From: a bacterium
GTDB taxonomy: Bacteria > Electryoneota > Electryoneia > Electryoneales > Electryoneaceae
Reading direction: 5' to 3'
Length of the DNA: 64,000 nucleotides
NCBI GenBank assembly: GCA_963669175.1
Contig: OY769902.1
Span: 4,896,001 to 4,960,000, forward strand
Within the stretch, counting starts at the first letter, position 1. Each line of letters begins with the position of its first letter. Of the stretch, positions 37,990 through 48,051 are shown piece by piece. The notes under the pieces were generated by a model, which did no database searches, was not told the origin of the DNA, and saw only the letters and a program-made list of their open reading frames with translations. Position numbers and translations under genes: made by a program.

Positions 37990-38019
37990 AAGGGATTATT
38001 CGCTATGGAATAATCCCTT
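37990..38019 (-). terminator. Intrinsic terminator
   Basis: AAGGGATTATTC..GAATAATCCCTT hairpin just downstream of the 38043 stop. Confidence 0.65.
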
Positions 38020-38042
38020 ATAAAAGCAATGTAAAGGCGCGT

Positions 38043-40637
38043 TTATTTCATCCGTACCAGCTTCATGGTTGCGACGAAATCCTGCCCTGCATTCATGCGT
38101 ACGAAATAAATTCCACTGGCAAGATCGTTTGACAGCCAGTTAATCGTATGTATACCAGCAGGTTGCACTCCGTTTACCAGTACAGCAACACTACGTCCCA
38201 GGATATCATAAACTTCAATCTTAACAATCCCGTCAGCTTTCATGGCATAGTTGATCGTTGTAGACGGGTTGAATGGATTGGGATACGCCGCTTCAAGCCC
38301 ATAATGGTTGGGGATCATGGCTTGTTCCAGCACATAATCCGGCGTGTACACTATTCCCACCGATGCCATAGCTTCCAACAGCTCACCTTCAGCGTTTACC
38401 AGTTGTAACACTATGGTACTATTGCCGGATGCAAGTGTGTCGATATAACCGGGATCTGTTGATGTCCAGGTATCCACGGAATCATCGTTGACATGCACCC
38501 GAATACTTCCCGCATCCGGACCGATCTCAAGGTTGGTCACTGTGAATACAACTTCCAGCGGCACTTCTGTGATCTCATCATTGTTCATCGGTGACGTGAT
38601 GGCAATTTCAGGTTGCGGTGGCGGTGTGTATTCCACCGTAACGGCATCCATCGCGTCCGGTATCAGTGCGTTGTGGTCGTAGTCAACCAGACCCAGGGTA
38701 ATGGTGTTGAATCCTGCGTCGAGGGTTTCGATGGAAATCTCTTCCGCAGTCGTATAGGATGTTTCCGGATCGCCATCACCTTGGACCGTCAGCTCAATCA
38801 CACCATCGCCGCCTTCTTCGGCCACAGTAAAATCAACCACTGTAAACGTAACATTCAAAGGCAGTTCAATGACTTCTGTATCATCATTCGGTGAATTGAT
38901 CACAATGGATGGCTCTAACCGATCATAGGTCACCTGTATCGTCGCAAAGGCATCCGGATCAAGCGCCTCATGATCATAGTCAACAAGACGCAAGGTTATC
39001 GTGTTGGTCCATTCATCCAGCGCAGTAAGGGTAATCGTCTCGTCTGTCGTGTAAGAGATGACGGGATCAGAAGTACCTTGAACGGTCAGCTCAATAACGC
39101 CATCGCCACCTTCATCGGCAACCACGAAGTTCGAAACAGCATAGGTAACAACAACCGGCAGCTCATGAACCGTAACACCACTTTCCGGGGAGGTGATCGT
39201 TATTCCCGGTCCGGCAGTCCCGAGTGATCCGTCGGGATTTACATTCTGAAGGTAAATATCTGAGGTTTCAACATCTCCATTGCCCCAGACGCCGACAATC
39301 TGTTCGGAAACAATCTTTGTCGCCATCAAGTCACTACGTGTCGCAGTTGTTGTGGTAAGCTCCACGGGTGAAGTATCCCACACTTCTTCTCCATCCGTAT
39401 TCAGCTTGATGGCTTTCACCCGCATGTGGGTGGCATCTTCATATTCCAGGTACATAACAATCGCGCTACCGTCGTTGAGTGCAAACGCACTCGGCTGACT
39501 ATGTTGCGCACCGCCAAGCTCTGATAATACGACACCGCTGTCATCCCACTGACGTTCGCCGTCAGCATTGAAATACTGTGCGCCGAATCCGCTTTCGGTT
39601 TGTCCGGTATTGGTAAACGGGTAGAACACATAGAAGTTACCCGTATCCGGGACATAGGCCAGTGTAGGAGAAGTCTGCGCCGTATTCGCAGTGGAAACCT
39701 GGACACCATCGGCATCCCAGGAGATGTTCCCATCGGAATCGACATGCTGCACGTAGACATGGTTGGTATTGCCCGAATGGGAATCATACCAGTAAATGAC
39801 CGCTCCGTCATCGCCATCCGAGACCAGGTCAGGCCGATGCCAGGGACCGATCCCGCTTGTCGTATGCACCGCAGCGCCCTCGTCCTCCCACTGGGCTTCA
39901 CCACTCGTGCTGTACCGTTGCAGGTACATCGAACGTGCGCCCATGAATGAAGTGCTCTGCTGCACCAGGTACAGAAGCAGGAAACCGTCTGAGGTTTCTG
40001 CCATACGGGGGATGGAAACCGTATACAGCATGTCTACCGTGATTTCACCATCATTAAAAACATCTTCGCCATCTTCATCCAGGCCGTGAATGACAACTTG
40101 TCCCGTGCCGTCATCAGTTTCCTGCTGCCAGGCGATATAGACATTGCCGTCGGATGTGGTTTGAATCCATTGCCCCACATCGGTCAACCCGTTTTCGGAA
40201 AGCTGGATGCCATCGTCGCCCCAGTTAAAGGTGCCGTCCGTGGCGATACTGTACGCGAAAATGTCCCAGTCATCGCCATCACGAATATCATTCGTAACAA
40301 TAATAGCGTTATCGTTGACATCAACTTTCATATCCCATTCAGTGATTGATCCTGTCATGGAATGATCACTGATGAGCATGCCGTTATCGGCCCATTGCGC
40401 GACGCCACCGGCATCGTAGTATTGCAGGCAAACGTCGTAGTTGCCGGATGAATGATCATACCAGACCACAAAACAACCGCCATCGGAGGTGGATTGTATG
40501 ATCGGTGTTGCCTGCGATCCATTTCGATCACAGACGACAAGGTTGGTTGCCGGGTCAGACGGCCACTGCGCCATGATGACAGACGCTGTTACCAGCAGCA
40601 CAAACAGAGTTAAAACAACAGGAAAGAATCGTCTCAT
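38043..40637 (-). CDS. Secreted protein: propeller-like repeats + 3 Ig-like repeats + T9SS type A-like CTD
   Basis: Signal peptide, QW...G repeats, I(T/N)SP-initiated ~100-aa repeats, AYPNPFNPST..YDILGR..LASGIYF..MK. Confidence 0.88.
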   Translation of the reverse strand: MRRFFPVVLTLFVLLVTASVIMAQWPSDPATNLVVCDRNGSQATPIIQSTSDGGCFVVWYDHSSGNYDVCLQYYDAGGVAQWADNGMLISDHSMTGSITEWDMKVDVNDNAIIVTNDIRDGDDWDIFAYSIATDGTFNWGDDGIQLSENGLTDVGQWIQTTSDGNVYIAWQQETDDGTGQVVIHGLDEDGEDVFNDGEITVDMLYTVSIPRMAETSDGFLLLYLVQQSTSFMGARSMYLQRYSTSGEAQWEDEGAAVHTTSGIGPWHRPDLVSDGDDGAVIYWYDSHSGNTNHVYVQHVDSDGNISWDADGVQVSTANTAQTSPTLAYVPDTGNFYVFYPFTNTGQTESGFGAQYFNADGERQWDDSGVVLSELGGAQHSQPSAFALNDGSAIVMYLEYEDATHMRVKAIKLNTDGEEVWDTSPVELTTTTATRSDLMATKIVSEQIVGVWGNGDVETSDIYLQNVNPDGSLGTAGPGITITSPESGVTVHELPVVVTYAVSNFVVADEGGDGVIELTVQGTSDPVISYTTDETITLTALDEWTNTITLRLVDYDHEALDPDAFATIQVTYDRLEPSIVINSPNDDTEVIELPLNVTFTVVDFTVAEEGGDGVIELTVQGDGDPETSYTTAEEISIETLDAGFNTITLGLVDYDHNALIPDAMDAVTVEYTPPPQPEIAITSPMNNDEITEVPLEVVFTVTNLEIGPDAGSIRVHVNDDSVDTWTSTDPGYIDTLASGNSTIVLQLVNAEGELLEAMASVGIVYTPDYVLEQAMIPNHYGLEAAYPNPFNPSTTINYAMKADGIVKIEVYDILGRSVAVLVNGVQPAGIHTINWLSNDLASGIYFVRMNAGQDFVATMKLVRMK

Positions 40638-40838
40638 GGCACTCTCTCTTTCTCCGGCATACCAGCCTAATACGACAGAAACAACAATCTCTTTGCGAAG
40701 GCTGATAGCGACAAACCGGTTTCGTCAGCAGTGCAATGTTGTCACGTCCTGAATGCTGCAACCCGACCATGTTACCATAGCCGGGAAAACATACGGTTCC
40801 TGCGATTGGGTATTGTCTATCTCACTTGCAACACCGTA

Positions 40839-41603
40839 TTAAAAATGAACACGGATACCATTGATAATGGAAAGGTCCAGTTCCTTCACGCTTGTCGGCG
40901 GACCTGAATCGTACGTCATACTCAAGCTTACTGTAAAATGCACATTTTTTGTCAGCTTGAAGATCAGATCCCCATCACCTATGGCTTTCCAGTCTCCCCA
41001 TTTCGTAAGCATCGGTTGATAATAACCGGATAGAACCAGATCTGCATAATGATGAATGGCAATGCGAGTAGCGACATAGCTGCTCATTCGGTGATCAAAC
41101 AGATCTGCCTGACCTACGATATCCTCATCAAAGCGTTCAATTTCATACATGTAGGACAGACCGCACGCGAAAGCAAAATTACCGGTGAAGAACTTCTCCC
41201 AGCGTATACCGGTACCGAGCAATTCACGACTTTCAATCAGACGGAACTCATCATACTCCCACTGAGAAAAGGCTTCCCAATTCCAATGTTTAACGATTTT
41301 ATAGTTGTAGCGAAGATGAATTTTGCCATCGTTCGAGTTTTTTACATCATTCACTTCGGCATAGTCATTTTCGCCGATGAGAAAGACCAGGTGCCTTGGA
41401 GTTTCGTACCCGAAGACAGCCGATCCCTCCAGCTCATGCTGTGCCTTATTTCCCTGGTCAAAGGTGTAGGCCAGCCCAAGAACAGAGGTAAAGCCGTCTT
41501 CGTTATCCAGCCTGATGTCTTCGATGTTCATCTGTGCTGACGCAACAGTGGTCAAACTGAACAGAAAGAAGAGAATGGTAAGCAAACGCCTTAAACTTGC
41601 CAT
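40839..41603 (-). CDS. DUF481-like outer-membrane beta-barrel protein
   Basis: Signal peptide, HLRYNY, EAFSQWEYDEF, YYQP, YDS.PP, terminal Phe. Confidence 0.75.
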   Translation of the reverse strand: MASLRRLLTILFFLFSLTTVASAQMNIEDIRLDNEDGFTSVLGLAYTFDQGNKAQHELEGSAVFGYETPRHLVFLIGENDYAEVNDVKNSNDGKIHLRYNYKIVKHWNWEAFSQWEYDEFRLIESRELLGTGIRWEKFFTGNFAFACGLSYMYEIERFDEDIVGQADLFDHRMSSYVATRIAIHHYADLVLSGYYQPMLTKWGDWKAIGDGDLIFKLTKNVHFTVSLSMTYDSGPPTSVKELDLSIINGIRVHF

Positions 41604-41728
41604 CGTATGTTCCTGAAAGTTGAATGAGGTCACTGTCCATTCAAAGGTAAGGAGAATTCTCGTTCGTTAAAACCCGTAAAAACAGATCTCAATACGACTC
41701 ATTTCTTTTATTACCAGAACTTACATGT

Positions 41729-42487
41729 TTACACCAGTTCACTCATATCCATGTCTTCAATTCCCGCCAGGTAATAGAATGCCTGTTCAAGGTCATCTTT
41801 ACCGGTTTCCGCCAATATCTCTTCCAGTGTCCCGACTGCCTTGAGTGTGCCTTCATGCAGCACACCGATGCGGTCGCAAAGTGTTTCGGCTTCACGCAGG
41901 TAATGAGTTGAAAACAGAACTGTCCGCTTTTCACCGCCACATGAGCGAATGAAATCGACAATGTGCTTGGCGGCAATGGGATCCAGCCCGCTGGTGGGTT
42001 CATCAAAGATCATCAATTTCGGATTGTGGACAATGGATCGGGCAATACTGACGCGCTTTTTCTGGCCGGTGGACATTTTTCCGTACTTCTTATCAATGAA
42101 TTTTTCCATATGCAGCGCGGCGTTCAGCTCTTCGACCCGGTCCTTGAGTTCCTGGCCTTTCATTCCGTACAAACCACCGTAATAGGCCATCACCTCCCTG
42201 CCGGTGAGGCGCGCATACAGGTTGGTATCTCCGGAAAGGAATCCGATGGCGCGCCGGACTTCATCCGGTTGCTTCACCGTGTCAAATCCGGCCACACGCG
42301 CAGCGCCTTCCGTAGGCTGAAACACGGTTGCCAGCATGCGCAAAGTGGTCGTTTTACCAGCCCCGTTTGTGCCTAACAGACCATAGATCTCGCCTTCACG
42401 GACATCGAGATCCAGATGATCAACGGCGACAACGGTGCCCTTCTTTTTATCCTTGAATACCTTGGTCAGTCCCTGGGTGGAAATCAT
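41729..42487 (-). CDS. ABC transporter ATP-binding protein (NatA-like)
   Basis: GTNGAGKTT, MSTGQKKRVSIAR, IFDEPTSGLD, FSTH. Confidence 0.92.
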   Translation of the reverse strand: MISTQGLTKVFKDKKKGTVVAVDHLDLDVREGEIYGLLGTNGAGKTTTLRMLATVFQPTEGAARVAGFDTVKQPDEVRRAIGFLSGDTNLYARLTGREVMAYYGGLYGMKGQELKDRVEELNAALHMEKFIDKKYGKMSTGQKKRVSIARSIVHNPKLMIFDEPTSGLDPIAAKHIVDFIRSCGGEKRTVLFSTHYLREAETLCDRIGVLHEGTLKAVGTLEEILAETGKDDLEQAFYYLAGIEDMDMSELV

Positions 42488-42541
42488 ATCTCTCTCGTTG
42501 TTCGACTGTTTAGACCTGCCATTTTCAAGGTGATAATCGTG

Positions 42542-43996
42542 CTAATACTCTATCCCCAACTCCTGCTCATACCAGTTGGAATTATTCAACTCTCCCTTCA
42601 TGGTGGAATGGACCTGAACGTAATCACCGTATGCGTTCCGGTCTACAAAAACAAACATCACTCCGCCCTCAATGTGATCATAGGTCCAGATCAAATAGGC
42701 TTTGCCGACATCCACATCGAACGGGTGATCTTCAACAAAGCTTGGTTCACCCAGCATGCAATAAACCCGTCCACGGTCGGTTGTCCAGCCTTCACGCCGG
42801 AAACTGTTGTAGCGTTCGTTCGCTGTACGAACACGATGCATATATTCGATCCGGAGTTCATTCTCCGTGGTACTGGTGTCAGGATCGTTGGCCAACCAGA
42901 ATTTAGCAAGGAAGGACCGTCTTGATTCAGGCGCCAGTTCATTCACAATCCGCTGAACACGCGGGGTCATGATGTATTTAACCTGTTCCAGCTCTTTGTC
43001 GATCTCCTCATCGCTCATGGCGGCAATATCGAAACCGGGGTCAGGTATGATCATAGCCTGGGTTGTTACTTCCATGTTCGGCTGGTACACCCAGAACATA
43101 CGCACCTTTTGAACAGAATTCCCCGTAACATTGTCCGTGACAGTAAGCAGCAACTCGTACTGTCCGGTCGGCAGGTTCACAATTGAGAAGGAATCGTAAT
43201 CAACCAGGTCCGGAGCTGGCGCTGGACGCTGTTTGGTAGGAAGTGTGATCAACTTCTTTTTACTGGTATTCTGGATTTCCCGATGTACTGTGTACGTTCC
43301 CCCCTCACCGGCAGTCAGGTTATAGATTTCCATGTAGTAGAACACATTGGAAACACTGCCGCCAAAAATCCGGTCGGCATTGGGTAATACCAGCAAACCG
43401 TTGTGGTTGAACTCGCTATCGCCCTCACCGGCCTTTTCGATCCGGGAAGCGATAATGATATCCGAGGTCAACAGGCCATCCATACCAAAGGATGATGCGT
43501 TGACGCGAACATCTTCCGTGCGCTGCATTCGCGAGATGAGGTCGGCTATGGTCATCTCGATTCGGTAGTCACCGGGTTTGACAACATACTGGATCAGTTC
43601 GGGGATTTTCTGACCGGCTTTGCGTTCTTCATTGGAAGCGGCAAAATCGCTCCTGACCCAAGTATCCCCGGTAATAAGGTTGCCTTCCTTATCAAAGACT
43701 TTGACCAGGATCTGGGCACGCGCTTCCACTCCATTCTCGACCTCTTCAGCCTTCAGAAAGAAGCGGTCAATCAAGGCATAGACATCAAGCTGAACATGTT
43801 CCTCGTCATAGCGTAGCGCGGCGACGTCCATGGTAAAAAACTTGACATTGGCCGGAAAAAACTCTTCGCCCTTGTCAACACTATCAACCACAGCAACGGA
43901 ATCGGCTTCCTGGGCTGTCACCACACCAACAGGCAGTGCAAAAATCAACAACACAACAGGCAACAGGTATATATACCTGGCTATCAGTCTTTTCAT
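42542..43996 (-). CDS. GWxTD domain-containing exported protein
   Basis: Signal peptide; FW..NDP...ENE..EYMHRV..ANERY..EGWTTDRGRVY..GEP. Confidence 0.9.
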   Translation of the reverse strand: MKRLIARYIYLLPVVLLIFALPVGVVTAQEADSVAVVDSVDKGEEFFPANVKFFTMDVAALRYDEEHVQLDVYALIDRFFLKAEEVENGVEARAQILVKVFDKEGNLITGDTWVRSDFAASNEERKAGQKIPELIQYVVKPGDYRIEMTIADLISRMQRTEDVRVNASSFGMDGLLTSDIIIASRIEKAGEGDSEFNHNGLLVLPNADRIFGGSVSNVFYYMEIYNLTAGEGGTYTVHREIQNTSKKKLITLPTKQRPAPAPDLVDYDSFSIVNLPTGQYELLLTVTDNVTGNSVQKVRMFWVYQPNMEVTTQAMIIPDPGFDIAAMSDEEIDKELEQVKYIMTPRVQRIVNELAPESRRSFLAKFWLANDPDTSTTENELRIEYMHRVRTANERYNSFRREGWTTDRGRVYCMLGEPSFVEDHPFDVDVGKAYLIWTYDHIEGGVMFVFVDRNAYGDYVQVHSTMKGELNNSNWYEQELGIEY

Positions 43997-46900
43997 GCTT
44001 CGGTCTCCTCCACAACTACCTCTGACCGGCTGCTGCCCAATCGATTGCTGATCTCAACAGCCACAAGCTTCGACACGCCATCTTCTTCCATAGTGACACC
44101 GTACAAACGGTCAGCCCGTTCCATCGTTAATTTATTATGAGTTACGACTAAAAACTGGGTGCGATTGGTAAATTCTTTTAATAATTCATTAAATCGTTGC
44201 ACATTGACATCATCCAGCGGGGCATCCACTTCATCCAGGAAACAGAAGGGCGCCGGACGTTCCAGGTATAACGCAAACAACAACGCAATCGCGGTCATGG
44301 CCTTCTCGCCGCCGGAGAGAAGGTCTACCGCGTTCATCCTTTTTCCTCGTGGTGACGCAAAGATTTGAATACCCGCTTCGAGGGGATCCCCTTCGGCCAG
44401 GGCGAGCGATGCCTCCCCACCATTGAACAGGCGTTTGAATAATTCGACGAAGTTGCCTTCAACTCGTTTAAAGGTCTCCAGAAATCTCCTGCGGGCAATG
44501 CTGTTGATTTCTTTGATCGTCTGCTCAAGCGTCTCTTTGGCCTCAACCAGGTCTGCACGCTGTTCGTTCATCGACGTGAACCGACGGTCAACCTCTTCAA
44601 ACTCTTCGACCGCCATCTGGTTCACCGGACCGATGTTGTACAAGGCTTCACGCAGCTCACTCAGCGGACGGTCCGTATACGGATTCTCTTCTGAAATCGA
44701 TAGTGGCAGTTCCTCCTGCCGGGCCGAGGTCAGGTCGATCTTATACGCTTCCAGTATCCGTTCACGAATGGCGTTGTACTGATGGCGCATATCGGAAACG
44801 GTCAGCTCGTTGGCGTGCAACCTGTCTGACGTGCGTGCCAGTTCAGAACGATCCGCTTCCAGCAATCCGCTTTTTTCGGCAAAATCTCGCCGGACGGATT
44901 CATAATCTGATTGTGTTTTCTCCAGCGTTTTGGTCGTTTCTTTCAATTCCTGGTCAACCAGCTCGCCTTCAGCCTCAAGACGTTTCAGACGATCCAACGC
45001 ATCTTCACGCGCATCACTCGCCTGTTTTCGTTCCTGCTTGATCCTCTCCAGCCGGTTGTTGATTTCATCGAGGAATGCGCCTTGCCTGCGAACCTCGCCT
45101 TGCAGACGCTCGACTTCTGAAGCTACATCAACCTGCTGATCGTGGCGCTGTTCACGCGCTGAACGTAAAGCCTGTCCCGCTTCCTCATGGTTACGTAACT
45201 CAGCCTGCACCTGGGTCAGTTTATCGGAAAGCTCAACTTCATCCTTCTGATCCTGAACCAGTTGCTGCTGTTTCTTTTCCAGTTGCACATCAAATGTGGT
45301 AATATCTTGTTCTATGGTTTTGATTTCTTCGGTTCGCCGCATCTGTACCGCACGTCGCGCGTTCACATCCGACTCAACGCGGTGGGTCTCACGACGCAAG
45401 CGTTCCAGCTCGGTACGCTCATCCCGCAGCATGTTCTCGAACCCGGTCAGCTTTTTCTGAGCCTGGTCTTCTTCCAGTTGCAGTCGTGTAACTTCGCTCT
45501 GGGTCTGCGCGTAACGGTCCTGAACGTGACGTTCATCTTCTTTCGCCGATTGCAGCAGGTCTTCCGCGCCCAGGTCCGCCGGATCAACCTTTCCTGCCGC
45601 AAGTACGCCACTGGCAGAAAGAATTGCCCCTTCCGGTGTCACGAGTGCGACATTTTCCTGCCGAGCAGATTCCGCCAGATCAAGCAGAGATGCCAAATCC
45701 TTTACGATCCAGGTATTGGCCAGATGAGCCTCGGCTGTTTTTCCCGCCTTACCCTTAAAACGGATCTGATCAGTCAAACGACCCTTAACGCGCTCGTCGT
45801 CAGCAAAAGTTGGCGGTGCAGGGACATGCACATTCTTCGCTGCGGCGATAAGCAGACCACGCCCTTTATCGCCCTTCAGCAACAGTTCAACCGCGTCCTG
45901 CATGGACTTCTTTTCACCGACAACCACGGCTGAAGCGGCTTCCTCAAGCGCGGCAGCAGTGGCGACTTTCCATTCATCCTTCACGACGACAGAATCGCCC
46001 AGTCTCCCAAGAACTCCTTCCAGCCCAGCCTTCATCAGCGCCTTGACCGCCTTGGGACGTCCTTCGCCGCCTTTGACCATGCTTTCCAGCAAAACCACAC
46101 GTTTCCGGACAGCTTCCAGTTCACTGGTCGCACGCGCCGCTTCACGTTGCGCCCTGGAGCGTTCCTCGCGGGTTACATCCAGCTCTTCTCGCGATTTGAA
46201 ACGCTGTACATCCAACTCGGCCACGGTTTCTGTCTTCTCTTCAACCCGCTTGACCAGCGAATCCAGGTCCGGCAGTTCCTGTACAGCTTCCGCTTCTTCA
46301 CGCAGCTTGGCAAGTCTGTGCTGCGCGGCGTCATGACGCGCCGAAAGTTGCCGCAACTCGCTGTCCAGCGAGGCAACTTTGCGTTGCGCTTCACGGGCTT
46401 CCTTCTCCGCCTGATCACGGTTTTTCTGTAATACTCGATGCTGCTGATCGTACGCGTTCCAGTCGCCGTTCAGCTCTTCCAGCTTGGCGCGAACCGCCTG
46501 CAATCGTTGGGAGGCTTCGGAATGTTTTTTGTCCAGTTCATCTATTTCAACCGCGATCTGTTTGCGGCGCTGAATCAGCTCAACTTCTTCCGTGTCCTGT
46601 TCCAGGCTGCGCTGTTCCGCGGAACGAATCCGTTCCTGCAGCATCACGATATCCTGGTGAATGCCCTGGCTTCGGGTTTGCAAACCACCATGTTCCTGGC
46701 GCAATTTCGCAAGTTGCTCTTCCAACCCGCTTACACGTCCACGCAATGTCGCCTGCACTTCTTCCGCACGAGACAACTTGGTCTGGAGCGTTTCTTTCTG
46801 CTCCTTGTCGCGTTGGACACGTTCCTCCAACGGCGCCAACCTCGTTTTCAGGGTGCCGAATTCATCATACGCCGCGCTGATTTCCTTGCTGCGCAGCACC

Positions 46901-47559
46901 TCGCGTAAATAACGATAGCGTCGCGCTTTCGCGACCTGGCGTTGTAATGAAGTTCTACGGGTCTGTATTTCACCGATCAGGTCATCCAGTCGGATCAGGT
47001 CCGCTTCGGTGGCGTTCAGCTTGTTGCGTGACGCACGCAAGCGCACCTTGTACAACGTGACCCCGGCGGCCTCTTCGAACAGACGGCGACGTTCATCCGC
47101 GCTGCCGGACAGGATTTCTTTCACCATCGCCAGTTCGATAATGGAATAAGAATCCGGCCCCAATCCGGTATCGGCGAACAGGGAGCGTATGTCTTTGAGG
47201 CGTGCGGAGCGTTTATTGATCAGGTATTCCGATTCACCGGTACGATACAGGCGTCGGGTGATGGCAACTTCGGTATACTCGGCCGGGAGAACGCCCTGGT
47301 TGTTTTCGATGACAAGCGTTACCTCCGCCATGTGCATGGGCTTGCGGCCATTTGCACCTGCGAAAATCACGTTTTCCATCTTGTCCGAACGCAACACGCT
47401 GGTACGCTGCTCGCCCAGCACCCAACGGACGGCATCCACCAGGTTCGACTTGCCGCAGCCATTCGGCCCGACAATCGCCATCACGCCCGGATTGAAGGTG
47501 AGTTTGGTTCTCTTGGGAAAGGACTTGAAACCGAACAGTTCGAGGTCACTGAGAAACAC
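43993..47559 (-). CDS. smc: Chromosome segregation protein SMC
   Basis: GFKSF, GPNGCGKSN, coiled coils and hinge, LSGGEK, LDEVDAPLD; 1188 aa. Confidence 0.98.
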   Translation of the reverse strand: MFLSDLELFGFKSFPKRTKLTFNPGVMAIVGPNGCGKSNLVDAVRWVLGEQRTSVLRSDKMENVIFAGANGRKPMHMAEVTLVIENNQGVLPAEYTEVAITRRLYRTGESEYLINKRSARLKDIRSLFADTGLGPDSYSIIELAMVKEILSGSADERRRLFEEAAGVTLYKVRLRASRNKLNATEADLIRLDDLIGEIQTRRTSLQRQVAKARRYRYLREVLRSKEISAAYDEFGTLKTRLAPLEERVQRDKEQKETLQTKLSRAEEVQATLRGRVSGLEEQLAKLRQEHGGLQTRSQGIHQDIVMLQERIRSAEQRSLEQDTEEVELIQRRKQIAVEIDELDKKHSEASQRLQAVRAKLEELNGDWNAYDQQHRVLQKNRDQAEKEAREAQRKVASLDSELRQLSARHDAAQHRLAKLREEAEAVQELPDLDSLVKRVEEKTETVAELDVQRFKSREELDVTREERSRAQREAARATSELEAVRKRVVLLESMVKGGEGRPKAVKALMKAGLEGVLGRLGDSVVVKDEWKVATAAALEEAASAVVVGEKKSMQDAVELLLKGDKGRGLLIAAAKNVHVPAPPTFADDERVKGRLTDQIRFKGKAGKTAEAHLANTWIVKDLASLLDLAESARQENVALVTPEGAILSASGVLAAGKVDPADLGAEDLLQSAKEDERHVQDRYAQTQSEVTRLQLEEDQAQKKLTGFENMLRDERTELERLRRETHRVESDVNARRAVQMRRTEEIKTIEQDITTFDVQLEKKQQQLVQDQKDEVELSDKLTQVQAELRNHEEAGQALRSAREQRHDQQVDVASEVERLQGEVRRQGAFLDEINNRLERIKQERKQASDAREDALDRLKRLEAEGELVDQELKETTKTLEKTQSDYESVRRDFAEKSGLLEADRSELARTSDRLHANELTVSDMRHQYNAIRERILEAYKIDLTSARQEELPLSISEENPYTDRPLSELREALYNIGPVNQMAVEEFEEVDRRFTSMNEQRADLVEAKETLEQTIKEINSIARRRFLETFKRVEGNFVELFKRLFNGGEASLALAEGDPLEAGIQIFASPRGKRMNAVDLLSGGEKAMTAIALLFALYLERPAPFCFLDEVDAPLDDVNVQRFNELLKEFTNRTQFLVVTHNKLTMERADRLYGVTMEEDGVSKLVAVEISNRLGSSRSEVVVEETEA

Positions 47560-47769
47560 AGGCCCGCCTGCTATTTACATGATATACCGGGGGTTACCCT
47601 CACGCGCCCATCAGTAACCGGCTTGATCGCAGTGCCGGTTAGATCGATGAGGATGCAACCCGCTCGAATACAGCAAGCTACAAAAAAGGAGAGGTTTCAG
47701 CAAGCGCGTACGCTTCAATACGCAATTGATCATTTGGTCCGATTGCTGGTCAGTGGGGTTTCATCGTTA

Positions 47770-47970
47770 TAGCCCCGCCGGCTTGAAGTACGCTGAAGCG
47801 ATGACATTGTTGGCCCCGCCGGCTTGAAGCATGCTGAAGCGAAGCGGAAGCGACTGCCCGGCGGGGTTTATTTTACCTTAGAGGGCGTAACCTTCAGTCG
47901 TAAGAAGCGGACTAACTCTTCCATTTGAATAAGAATAGACCACCGCTGGACAAGCCAGCGGGGCCAATAG
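47770..47970. repeat. REP-A doublet (REPIN-like: forward copies followed by an inverted copy)
   Basis: GGCCCCGCCGGCTTG..TGCCCGGCGGGGTTTATT then GGACTAACTC..AATAGACCACCGCTGGACAAGCCAGCGGGGCCAATAG. Confidence 0.85.
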
Positions 47971-48051
47971 ATGTGGAAGGCTTTTGTTTCGCATCAGGGC
48001 AATGAAGATGATTGATAATCCTTCTTTATCATAGACATCCTGTAAATGCAG

